Positions 53,101 through 64,000 of a DNA stretch of 64,000 nucleotides are shown here, piece after piece (position 1 is the stretch's first letter; every line of letters starts with the position of its first letter). The notes below the pieces were generated by a model that was given only the letters and a program-made list of their open reading frames with translations, was not told where the DNA came from and searched no databases. This stretch comes from Auanema rhodensis (lineage: Eukaryota; Animalia; Nematoda). Both the position numbers and the translations under genes were made by a program. The stretch lies in contig OZ059900.1 in NCBI GenBank assembly GCA_964057225.1, forward strand, positions 26,722,001 through 26,786,000, in the 5' to 3' direction.

Positions 53101-56100
53101 CATGGTAACCATGTCTTTGAAATTTACGTGAACTTTAATTTATGCTAATTAAATGTACACGTGATGTGCACTTGGTATGTAACTCGCTTCACGTGAAAGA
53201 TAACGAGATGTGGTTTTCAAAATTAGATTCCCCATGTCCATATTAGTCTAAAAACAAATTTTTATTGATATTGGTTCATGGTAACCATGTCTTTGAAATT
53301 TACGTGAACTTTAATTTATGCTAATTAAATGTACACGTGATGTGCACTTGGTATGTAACTCGCTTCACGTGTAAGATAAAGAGATGCGGTTTTCAAAATT
53401 AGATTCATCATGTCCATATTAGTCTAAAAACAAATTTTTATTGATATTGGTGCATGGTAACCATGACTTTGAAATTTACGTGAACTTTAATTTATGCTAA
53501 TTAAATGTACACGTGATGTGCACTTGGTATGTAACTCGCTTCACGTGAAAGATAAGGAGATGTGGTTTTTAAAATTAGATTCCCCATGTCCATATTAGTC
53601 TAAAAACAAATTTTTATTGATATTGGTTCATGGTAACCATGTCTTTGAAATTTACGTGAACTTTAATTTATGCTAATTAAATGTACACGCGATGTGCACT
53701 TGGTATGTAACTCGCTTCACGTGAAAGATAAAGAGATGCGGTTTTCAAAATTAGATTCCCCATGTCCATATTAGTCTAAAAACAAATTTTTATTGATATT
53801 GGTGCATGGTAACCATGACTTTGAAATTTACGTGAACTTTAATTTATGCTAATTAAATGTACACGTGATGTACACTTGGTATGTAACTCGCTTCACGTGA
53901 AAGATAAAGAGATGCGGTTTTCAAAATTAGATTCCCCATGTCCATATTAGTCTAAAAACAAATTTTTATTGATATTGGTTCATGGTAACCATGACTTTGA
54001 AATTTACGTGAACTTTAATTTATGTTAATTAAATGTACAAGTGATGTACACTTGGTATGTAACTCGCTTCACGTGAAAGATAAAAAGATGCGGTTTCCAA
54101 AATTAGATTCCCCATGTCCATATTAGTCTAAAAACAAATTTTTATTGATATTGGTTCATGGTAACCATGTCTTTGAAATTTACGTGAACTTTAATTTATG
54201 CTAATTAAATGTACACGTGATGTGCACTTGGTATGTAACTCGCTTCACGTGAAAGATAACGAGATGTGGTTTTCAAAATTAGATTCCCCATGTCCATATT
54301 AGTCTAAAAACAAATTTTTATTGATATTGGTTCATGGTAACCATGTCTTTGAAATTTACGTGAACTTTAATTTATGCTAATTAAATGTACACGTGATGTG
54401 CACTTGGTATGTAACTCGCTTCACGTGTAAGATAAAGAGATGCGGTTTTCAAAATTAGATTCATCATGTCCATATTAGTCTAAAAACAAATTTTTATTGA
54501 TATTGGTGCATGGTAACCATGACTTTGAAATTTACGTGAACTTTAATTTATGCTAATTAAATGTACACGTGATGTACACTTGGTATGTAACTCGCTTCAC
54601 GTGAAAGATAAAGAGATGCGGTTTTCAAAATTAGATTCCCCATGTCCATATTAGTCTAAAAACAAATTTTTATTGATATTGGTTCATGGTAACCATGACT
54701 TTGAAATTTACGTGAACTTTAATTTATGTTAATTAAATGTACAAGTGATGTACACTTGGTATGTAACTCGCTTCACGTGAAAGATAAAAAGATGCGGTTT
54801 CCAAAATTAGATTCCCCATGTCCATATTAGTCTAAAAACAAATTTTTATTGATATTGGTTCATGGTAACCATGTCTTTGAAATTTACGTGAACTTTAATT
54901 TATGCTAATTAAATGTACACGTGATGTGCACTTGGTATGTAACTCGCTTCACGTGAAAGATAACGAGATGTGGTTTTCAAAATTAGATTCCCCATGTCCA
55001 TATTAGTCTAAAAACAAATTTTTATTGATATTGGTTCATGGTAACCATGTCTTTGAAATTTACGTGAACTTTAATTTATGCTAATTAAATGTACACGTGA
55101 TGTGCACTTGGTATGTAACTCGCTTCACGTGTAAGATAAAGAGATGCGGTTTTCAAAATTAGATTCATCATGTCCATATTAGTCTAAAAACAAATTTTTA
55201 TTGATATTGGTGCATGGTAACCATGACTTTGAAATTTACGTGAACTTTAATTTATGCTAATTAAATGTACACGTGATGTGCCCTTGGTATGTAACTCGCT
55301 TCACGTGAAAGATAAAGAGATGCGGTTTTCAAACTTAGATTCCCCATGTCCATATTAGTCTAAAAACAAATTTTTATTGATATTGGTTCATGGTAACCAT
55401 GACTTTGAAATTTACGTGAACTTTAATTTATGCTAATTAAATGTACACGTGATGTGCACTTGGTATGTAACTCGCTTCACGTGAAAGATAAAGAGATGCG
55501 GTTCTCAAAATTAGATTCCCCAAGTCCATATTAGTCTAAAAACAAATTTTTATTGATATTGGTTCATGGTAACCATGTCTTTGAAGTTTACGTGAACTTT
55601 AATTTATGCTAATTAAATGTACACGTGATGTGCACTTGGTATGTAACTCGCTTCACGTGAAAGATAAAGAGATGCGGTTTTCAAAATTAGATTCCCCATG
55701 TCCATATTAGTCTAAAAACAAATTTTTATTGATATTGGTGCATGGTAACCATGACTTTGAAATTTACGTGAACTTTAATTTATGCTAATTAAATGTACAC
55801 GTGATGTGCACTTGGTATGTAACTCGCTTCACGTGAAAGATAAAGAGATGCGGTTTTCAAAATTAGATTCCCCATGTCCATATTAGTCTAAAAACAAATT
55901 TTTTTGATATTGGTTCATGGTAACCATGTCTTTGAAATTTACGTGAACTTTAATTTATGCTAATTAAATGTACACGTGATGTGTACTTGGTATGTAACTC
56001 GCTTCACGTGAAAGATAACGAGATGTGGTTTTCAAAATTAGATTCCCCATGTCCATATTAGTCTAAAAACAAATTTTTATTGATATTGGTTCATGGTAAC

Positions 56101-57784
56101 CATGTCTTTGAAATTTACGTGAACTTTAATTTATGCTAATTAAATGTACACGTGATGTGCACTTGGTATGTAACTCGCTTCACGTGTAAGATAAAGAGAT
56201 GCGGTTTTCAAAATTAGATTCATCATGTCCATATTAGTCTAAAAACAAATTTTTATTGATATTGGTGCATGGTAACCATGACTTTGAAATTTACGTGAAC
56301 TTTAATTTATGCTAATTAAATGTACACGTGATGTGCCCTTGGTATGTAACTCGCTTCACGTGAAAGATAAAGAGATGCGGTTTTCAAACTTAGATTCCCC
56401 ATGTCCATATTAGTCTAAAAACAAATTTTTATTGATATTGGTTCATGGTAACCATGACTTTGAAATTTACGTGAACTTTAATTTATGCTAATTAAATGTA
56501 CACGTGATGTGCACTTGGTATGTAACTCGCTTCACGTGAAAGATAAAGAGATGCGGTTCTCAAAATTAGATTCCCCAAGTCCATATTAGTCTAAAAACAA
56601 ATTTTTATTGATATTGGTTCATGGTAACCATGTCTTTGAAGTTTACGTGAACTTTAATTTATGCTAATTAAATGTACACGTGATGTGCACTTGGTATGTA
56701 ACTCGCTTCACGTGAAAGATAAAGAGATGCGGTTTTCAAAATTAGATTCCCCATGTCCATATTAGTCTAAAAACAAATTTTTATTGATATTGGTGCATGG
56801 TAACCATGACTTTGAAATTTACGTGAACTTTAATTTATGCTAATTAAATGTACACGTGATGTGCACTTGGTATGTAACTCGCTTCACGTGAAAGATAAAG
56901 AGATGCGGTTTTCAAAATTAGATTCCCCATGTCCATATTAGTCTAAAAACAAATTTTTTTGATATTGGTTCATGGTAACCATGTCTTTGAAATTTACGTG
57001 AACTTTAATTTATGCTAATTAAATGTACACGTGATGTGTACTTGGTATGTAACTCGCTTCACGTGAAAGATAAAGAGATGCGGTTTTCAAAATTAGATTC
57101 CCCATGTCCATATTAGTCTAAAAACAAATTTTTATTGATATTGGTTCATGGTAACCATCACTTTGAAATTTACGTGAACTTTAATTTATGCTAATTAAAC
57201 GTACACGTGATGTGCACTTGGTATGTAACTCGCTTCACGTGAAAGATAAAGAGATGTGGTTTTTAAAATTAGATTCCCCATGTTCATATTAGTCTAAAAA
57301 CAAATTTTTATTGATATTGGTTCATGGTAACCATGACTTTGAAATTTACGTGAACTTTAATTTATGCCAATTAAATGTACACGTGATGTGCACTTGGTAT
57401 GTAACTCGCTTCACGTGAAAGATAAAGAGATGCGGTTTTTGAAATTAGATTCCAAATGTCCATATTAGTCTAAAAACAAATTTTTATTGATATTGGTTCA
57501 TGGTAACCATGTCTTTGAAATTTACGTGAACTTTAATTTATGCTAATTAAATGTACACGTGATGTGCACTTGGTATGTAACTCGCTTCACGTGAAAGATA
57601 AAGAGATGCGGTTTTCAAAATTAGATTCCCCATGTCCATATTAGTCTAAAAACAAATTTTTATTGATATTGGTGCATGGTAACCATGACTTTGAAATTTA
57701 CGTGAACTTTAATTTATGCTAATTAAATGTACACGTGATGTACACTTGGTATGTAACTCGCTTCACGTGAAAGATAAAGAGATG
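17197..57784. repeat. 176-bp satellite DNA array, ~230 monomers, very homogeneous
   Basis: TTTGAAATTT recurs at 17225, 17401, 17577 and onward (period 176); monomer CATGGTAACCATGACTTTGAAATTTACGTGAAC...TTGATATTGGTT. Confidence 0.99.
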
Positions 57785-58674
57785 AATGGAAATGTGCATA
57801 TTGGTGCTGGAATCGCTACGCATGCCTATGTTGTTCCCGAAAACTTGAAATATGTGAATTACTCGTGAGTTGTTTTTCATTTATGCTGATGTATTATATG
57901 TGCTTTTCAGTACTGCTGTGAAAGGTTTTGTACAATTTGGAGAACTGAAGTTAAGAATTTCGGATCTTGCCGGACCTCTTCTGAATGCTGTCAATCTTGC
58001 TACTGTTGCGACTGCCAGTTATGCTGCAACTCCTGCTGATGTCACACTTGTTTTTGGATGTGCCCTATCTACTGGATTAAGTTCTTGGAATGAAAATGGA
58101 CCGATACGCGAGATGAATGCCGAGGAACTCAAGAGTTTGGAGAAATACTTCCGTGTAGCTGATGGGGAGAAGATCTTTGATGAAGTTGTGCACACCTTCC
58201 TCGTGCCTGCGGGTTTTTCACCTGCAATGTATGCTGAATCAGTGAAAGTGATGATCGCGGGAAAGCTACAGTGGTGGACCACGGGACATCACTTAGGATC
58301 TGTACGGACTGAAAAAGCTGGGGACGAAACGAGAAGAACCGGATATTTATGGAAAGTGCTGAGAGAGTCAACATCATGGACCGATATTTCATCTTCAACG
58401 AATCTGATCCTTCTTCATGCAGCGCTCCATTTCTGTGACACGAGGAAAGTAATGAAAACCATAACCGGATCTGAGAAAATTAGGATTCAATTCGACCAAA
58501 TTGTTCCTATAACTACTGGAGGAGACGTAAGGATTAGGATTGCTCCATACGGTGCCGGAGCGAAAAGATGGGTGAATTCTTATAAGTCATGCACTGCAAT
58601 GAAAGCATCCCCAGTCATCTACTTTCTTGATCGGATCTTACAAAATGACATTGTTGACGTCCTCAATTATGGGC
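57782..58674 (+). pseudogene. Endogenous viral element: qinvirus-like nucleoprotein fragment with one 46-bp intron (57865-57910)
   Basis: KLQWWTTGHHLG, ALHFCDTRKVM and DVRIRIAPYGAGAKR match the order of the K-x-N-W-W-x-x-N-H-H-x-G, H-W-x-S-T and D-x-x-L-R-x-x-x-x-P-A-G-T motifs I recall for Qinviridae N. GTGAGT...TTTTCAG splices exon 57782-57864 in frame (YVNYS|TAVKGF). It is bounded by the satellite at the 5' end and by TTAGGC at the 3' end. Confidence 0.68.
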
Positions 58675-58800
58675 TTAGGCTTAGGCTTAGGCTTAGGCTT
58701 AGGCTTAGGCTTAGGCTTAGGCTTAGGCTTAGGCTTAGGCTTAGGCTTAGGCTTAGGCTTAGGCTTAGGCTTAGGCTTAGGCTTAGGCTTAGGCTTAGGC
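58672..58800 (+). repeat. Interstitial telomere tract GGC(TTAGGC)x21
   Basis: Perfect repeat directly fused to the coding frame (...LNYG|LRLRLR). Confidence 0.98.
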
Positions 58801-59780
58801 AAGCGTGATTCAGAAACATGGTGGGGGCTCGCCGCCCCCACACCCCCGCTTGCTTCTGGCTCAGATACTATTACGACAATTTAGTGTTCACATGGTTACA
58901 CGGTATGGCCACAATGTGTATATCATCTTAAGTGTGGTACGAGTATCACAATTCATTCATTTCAGGAATCGTATGCTATAATTAAGATTGGGGGCTAGCC
59001 GCCCCCACACCCCCGCTTTCTTCTGCTTCAAATACTATAAAGTCAATTTACTGTTCACATGCTTACGCGGTATGGCTATAATGTATATATCATCTTAAGA
59101 GTGGTATGATTATCAGAATGTTATACATCAAAACTCGTATGGCCACAATGTATATATCATCTTAAGAGTGGTATGATTATCAGAATGTTGTACATCAAAA
59201 CTCGTATGGCCACAATGTATATATCATCTTAAGTGTGGTATGATTATCAGAATGTTGTACATCAAAACTCGTTTGGCCACAATGTATATATCATCTTATC
59301 CCAAAAACAAAGCTTCTTCAGCGGTATCCATGCGGATTTTATAAAAAATCTCGCTGCGTTGCCCTAAATTGTACAGGAGAAACATACAAAGCATGACGGA
59401 CGCTTCTCGGAGCATAATTTTTTTTTCCTGAAAATAAAACTTCAAGATTAAGAAAAAAATAGCATTACGTCTTCAGAGCTTGTTTCTTCATAGGTCGAAA
59501 GAAAATTCTGGAGACGAGGATGGGCAAAACATCGGAATTTCCTATAAAGCATATAAAACGTAGGGAGCGTGGTAGCCATTTTCGATAAAGTTTTTTCTTT
59601 ATTCAGGCCCTCAAAGTTGAAGAATTTTGATAACTAGTGCTTGGTGAATTACCGGTTCAACAATTTTCCTTATTCTTTTAATGACTTTAGTCGACCTATG
59701 AAGAAACAAGCTATGAAAACGTAATGCTATTTTTTTCTTAATCTTGAAGTTTTATTTTCATGTTTTTCTGAATCACGCTT
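58801..59780. mobile_element. ~1-kb non-coding element with terminal inverted repeats, sitting between convergent telomere tracts
   Basis: AAGCGTGATTCAGAAA at 58801-58816 and its perfect reverse complement at 59765-59780. Inside are two GGGGGCT(C/A)GCCGCCCCC hairpin blocks (~58823, ~58990), ~66-68-bp tandem units (~59070-59299) and a nested ~70-bp inverted repeat (59429-59498 / 59691-59760). Confidence 0.7.
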
Positions 59781-59819
59781 GCCTAAGCCTAAGCCTAAGC
59801 CTAAGCCTAAGCCTAAGCC
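59781..59819 (-). repeat. Interstitial telomere tract (TTAGGC)x6 on the minus strand
   Basis: (GCCTAA)6GCC on the + strand. Confidence 0.98.
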
Positions 59820-60660
59820 ATCCAGGACACTTCTTCCGAATAAACAGCTTGAGCTGCACTACATGCCGCTTGTTGATAACGCAAGTGGGGCTTGTCGGTA
59901 GTAGCCTTCCAGACATACCACCCCCAGTCATCCAACTCATAGAATGTCCTAGCCGCTTGAGCGCCTAAAGCTACACTATGGCAGTAAGCCAAAGTTCCCA
60001 TAAACAATTCGATTGCCGTTTCAGAATGGCACATATCCAGCGTGGGAGAGGCTTCATTGGTTACTTGAAGGCTCAGGGAGCTGAAGAAATTACACAGTGG
60101 TTTTCTAAACTTGGGCTTTGGGAATACGGTGGCCAAGGGAGTAAGATAAGAAGGCACAGCAAATAGAATCATCCCACTCTCGGGGTGTCTTCTCAAGCGC
60201 TGGTTGGCGAGCAGAGCAGCATGTTGCCGCCCATATTCGCATTGAAGGCCGTAGCCTAACATTCCTGCTAGTTGTAGCACGGTAGTCTTCCAGTTATCAG
60301 GTGAGAGCGTGGTGAACCCTGCGCGACGCACCAGATCTTGTGGCAGAACATCAGCTGGCTGGTCATTACCAACAGCAAGCTCGTTGAAAAGCCTGTCGTC
60401 AATAATTATCAGCACAGCGGCTCGCCCATTGTCGCCAATCAGTTCAGGGACGTACACTCGATTAGCCAACGGATCAAGGTTAACTACTCCCTCCAGAGGT
60501 GGGGTGTTAACAGAGACGCGCTGGTCAGGGTGAGCAGCAAGCAAGGTGTAAGCGGCGAAAGCCGAACTCCATGTAAGGCCAGTCTTCCTGAGCACGATTG
60601 TAGCTCCTGGACTACAGGCATTGCCTGCCAAAAGATTGCGCATGTTTTGGTTCATTGGAA
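59813..60660 (-). pseudogene. GC-rich intronless coding fragment (~280 codons), probable endogenous viral element, possibly toti-like capsid
   Basis: Uninterrupted frame at roughly 50% GC in a very AT-rich background. It is cut by the 167-bp repeat family at the 5' end and by TTAGGC at the 3' end (the stop comes from the telomere repeat). The family call rests only on loose resemblance (LLAAHP...P; W..TVLQLAGMLG..QC..G). Confidence 0.45.
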
Positions 60661-63600
60661 ACATATATGATCTTTTAAAAGTTCGTGGTTTTCGGTGATT
60701 TGTACTTTTTTTATAACAGTTTATCTGAAAAATGACACACAGGAAATAGATCGTGGGTTGATATATGATACAAAATGTGTTATTCAACATAGAATCAGGG
60801 AGGGCTTGTCACTGACTCAAATTTGGAGGAACATATGAACAACTTTTATGTTATGATGAAACATGACCACAATAATCAACGTCAGATCTCATGTGTATTT
60901 TCTCAAATTTGATTCATGGAAAAGTTCTGTTTTTCTCAAAATGTGTGAAAATAAATATGTAGAACTTAATTCCGAACGGGGCTATTATTTATTTTACCAG
61001 GAACTCATTCTATCACACTGAAACTGATTCGACTGGTTTTATCGATTGATTGAAACAGTCTCTTTTCGAGTTTCTATGTTTAAATGTTGAAAGCGTTTGA
61101 ATGAACATTTTTTGATTTTTAACTTTCAACCTCAAATTTGTTATAGCAATTATATATTTTTGATAGATTCGAGAAGTTTATTTTTTTTTATAAAATGTTT
61201 CAGTACAAACTCATTTAAGTATATGATGAGACAAGAATTATAAAAATTATGGAAGAACTTCTCTCATATCTACAATTTCTTTTTTCTTTATTTGACGCAA
61301 TTGAGAAAATTCTTTTTGTTTCTTGAAATAATTACAAAGATTTGTGATTTGCGATTTGCCCGGTGATTTGTACGTTTTTTAAAGCAGTTTAAATCAAAAA
61401 TGACACACAGCAACTAGATCGTGGGTTAAAATATGGAACAAAATGTGTTATTCAACAGATTATCGCAAAATGGCTTGTTACTGACTCAAATTTGGAAGAA
61501 CATATGACCTTTAAAAATTTGGGTTTTTGGGTGATTTGCACAATTTTTAGAATAGTTTATTTCAAAAATGACACATAGAAAATATATCGTGGGTTGATAT
61601 ATGAATGAGAAAGTGTCATTCAACAGGTTATCAAAAGGGGCTTGTTAATGACTGAAATTCGGAAAAACTTATGATCTCTTAAAACTTTTGGTTTTTGGTG
61701 ATTTGTACGTTTTTTAAAACAGTTTAAATCAAAAATGACACACATCAACTAGATCGTGGGTTAATTTATGAAACAAAATGTGTTATTCAACAGATTATCG
61801 CAAAAAGCTTGTTACTGACTCAAATTTGGAAGAACATATGACCTTTTAAAATTTGGGTTCTTGGGTGATTTGCACAATTTTTAGAATAGTTTATTTCAAA
61901 AATGACATATAGAAAATATATGGTGAGTTGATATATAAATTAAAATGTGTCATTCAACAGATTATCGAAAGAGGCTTGTTACTGACTGAAATTCGGAAAA
62001 ACTTATGATCTCTTAAAACTCTTGGTTTTTGGTGATTTGAAAATTTTATAAAAAAGTTTATCTCAAAATAGACACACAGCAACTAGATCGTGGGTTAATT
62101 TATGAAACAAAATGTGGTATTCAACAGATTATCGCAAAAAGCTTGTTACTGACTCAAATTTGGAAGAACATATGACCTTTTAAAATTTGGGTTTTTGGGT
62201 GATTTGCACAATTTTTAGAATAGTTTATTTCAAAAATGACACATAGAAAATATATCGTGAGTTGATATATGAATGAAAAAGTGTCATTCAACAGGTTATC
62301 AAAAAGGGCTTGTAACTGACTGAAATTCGGAAAAACTTATGATCTCTTAAAACTCTTGGTTTTTGGTGATTTGTACGTTTTTTAAAACAGTTTAAATCAA
62401 AAATGACACATACGAATTGAATTGTGAGTTAATATCTGAATGAACATGTGTTATTTAACAGATTATCAGAAGGGGCTTGTTACTGACTCAAGTTTGGAAA
62501 AACATATGACCTTTAAAAATTTGGGTTTTTGGGTGATTTGCACAATTTTTAGAATAGTTTATTTCAAAAATGACACATAGAAAATATATCGTGAGTTGAT
62601 ATATGAAGGAAAAAGTGTCATCCAACAGGTTATCAAAAGAGGCTTGTTACTGACTGAAATTCGGAAAAACTTATGATCTCTTAAAACTCTTGGTTTTTGG
62701 GTGATTTTCACAATTTTTAAAATAGTTTATCTCAAAATCGACACATACGAATTGAATTGTGAGTTGATATCTGAATGAACATGTGTCATTTAACAGATTA
62801 TCATAAGGGGCTTGTTACTGACTCAAGTTTGGAAAAACATATGACCTTTCAAATGTTGGGTTTTTTGGTGAATTTCACAATTTTAAAAAAAGTTTATCTC
62901 AAAAATGCCACATACGAATTGAATTGTGAAATGATGTATGAATGTTATTTTTTGGGAGATTACTCATCTTGGAGTAGTTGAATTTCAACTACTTGCCTGA
63001 ATTAGCAAAAGTTGAAATTTTAACTACTCGTTTTAAAAAAATATAGTTACTCGTTTTAAATAAATATAGTTAGTATACAGGTTTTCGTTCAAAAATGAAG
63101 AAATTCGAATTAAGCTTTTTGTATCGGAGTAGTTGAAATTCAACTACTTCCCCGCAATCAGTTGGTGAACAAACAATAAAGAAATTCAAATCAAGTTCTT
63201 TGTATCGGAGCCATAATCAATGTGTATTTTCTCGAATTTGATTCATGGAAAAGTTCTGTTTTTCTCAAAATGTGTGAAAATAAATATGTAGAACTTAATT
63301 CCGAACGGGGCTATTATTTATTTTACCAGGAACTCATTCTATCACACTGAAACTGATTCGACTGGTTTTATCGATTGATTGAAACAGTCTCTTTTCGAGT
63401 TTCTATGTTTAAATGTTGAAAGCGTTTGAATGAACATTTTTTGATTTTTAACTTTCAACCTCAAATTTGTTATAGCAATTATATATTTTTGATAGATTCG
63501 AGAAGTTTATTTTTTTTTATAAAATGTTTCAGTACAAACTCATTTAAGTATATGATGAGACAAGAATTATAAAAATTATGGAAGAACTTCTCTCATATCT

Positions 63601-64000
63601 ACAATTTCTTTTTTCTTTATTTGACGCAATTGAGAAAATTCTTTTTGTTTCTTGAAATAATTACAAAGATTTGTGATTTGCGATTTGCCCGGTGATTTGT
63701 ACGTTTTTTAAAGCAGTTTAAATCAAAAATGACACACAGCAACTAGATCGTGGGTTAAAATATGGAACAAAATGTGTTATTCAACAGATTATCGCAAAAT
63801 GGCTTGTTACTGACTCAAATTTGGAAGAACATATGACCTTTAAAAATTTGGGTTTTTGGGTGATTTGCACAATTTTTAGAATAGTTTATTTCAAAAATGA
63901 CACATAGAAAATATATCGTGGGTTGATATATGAATGAGAAAGTGTCATTCAACAGGTTATCAAAAGGGGCTTGTTAATGACTGAAATTCGGAAAAACTTA
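60661..64000 (+). repeat. ~167-bp repeat family, same as 14060-17196, with a 2329-bp tandem duplication
   Basis: 60661-~62030 parallels 14461-15840; ~62640-63133 is the inverse of 15845-~16330; the sequence from 60892 recurs from 63221. Confidence 0.9.

Noticed and set aside
57870-57910. Hydrophobic N-terminus MFFIYADVLYVLF of the 312-aa ORF as a signal peptide
   Set aside because: It lies inside the predicted intron and begins at TTG.
57782-58800. Direct reverse transcription of viral RNA primed by telomeric DNA for this fragment
   Set aside because: The retained intron indicates a genomic DNA source; the idea remains open only for the intronless fragments.
58627-58884. ORFs with RLRLRL / LGLGLG / PKPKPK / LSLSLS tracts (also 12653-12916, 59744-59968, 301-540)
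   Set aside because: They are translations of TTAGGC or other short tandem repeats.
60661-60790. First ~42 aa of the 325-aa minus ORF
   Set aside because: It derives from the 167-bp repeat family (near-identical to the start of ORF 14284-14592); chance read-through.

Overview
AT-rich eukaryotic DNA, almost certainly nematode: it has TTAGGC telomere repeats and 35-55 bp GT..TTTCAG-type introns. About 40.6 kb (17197-57784) is a 176-bp satellite array with higher-order structure. The flanks are a patchwork of unrelated, mostly truncated pieces: a rhabdovirus-like nucleoprotein fragment, a qinvirus-like nucleoprotein fragment carrying a spliceosomal intron, a possible toti-like capsid fragment, an unassigned intronless frame, a broken SET-domain + tyrosine-recombinase (Crypton-like) gene with its 3' end inverted, an intact-looking SprT-like protease ORF, a MITE and a ~167-bp repeat family. 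The most striking pattern is that seven junctions (338-, 4389+, 7202-, 10114-, 12732+, 58672+, 59819-) all switch from the adjacent piece into telomeric or telomere-variant DNA at GGCTTA, with the G-rich strand pointing away from that piece. The window therefore reads like a chain of telomere-capped fragments that were later fused. The caps include pure TTAGGC, 25- and 42-bp TTAGGC-containing units, and longer shared cap sequences that end up as inverted repeats. Virus family calls come from remembered motifs, not database searches.
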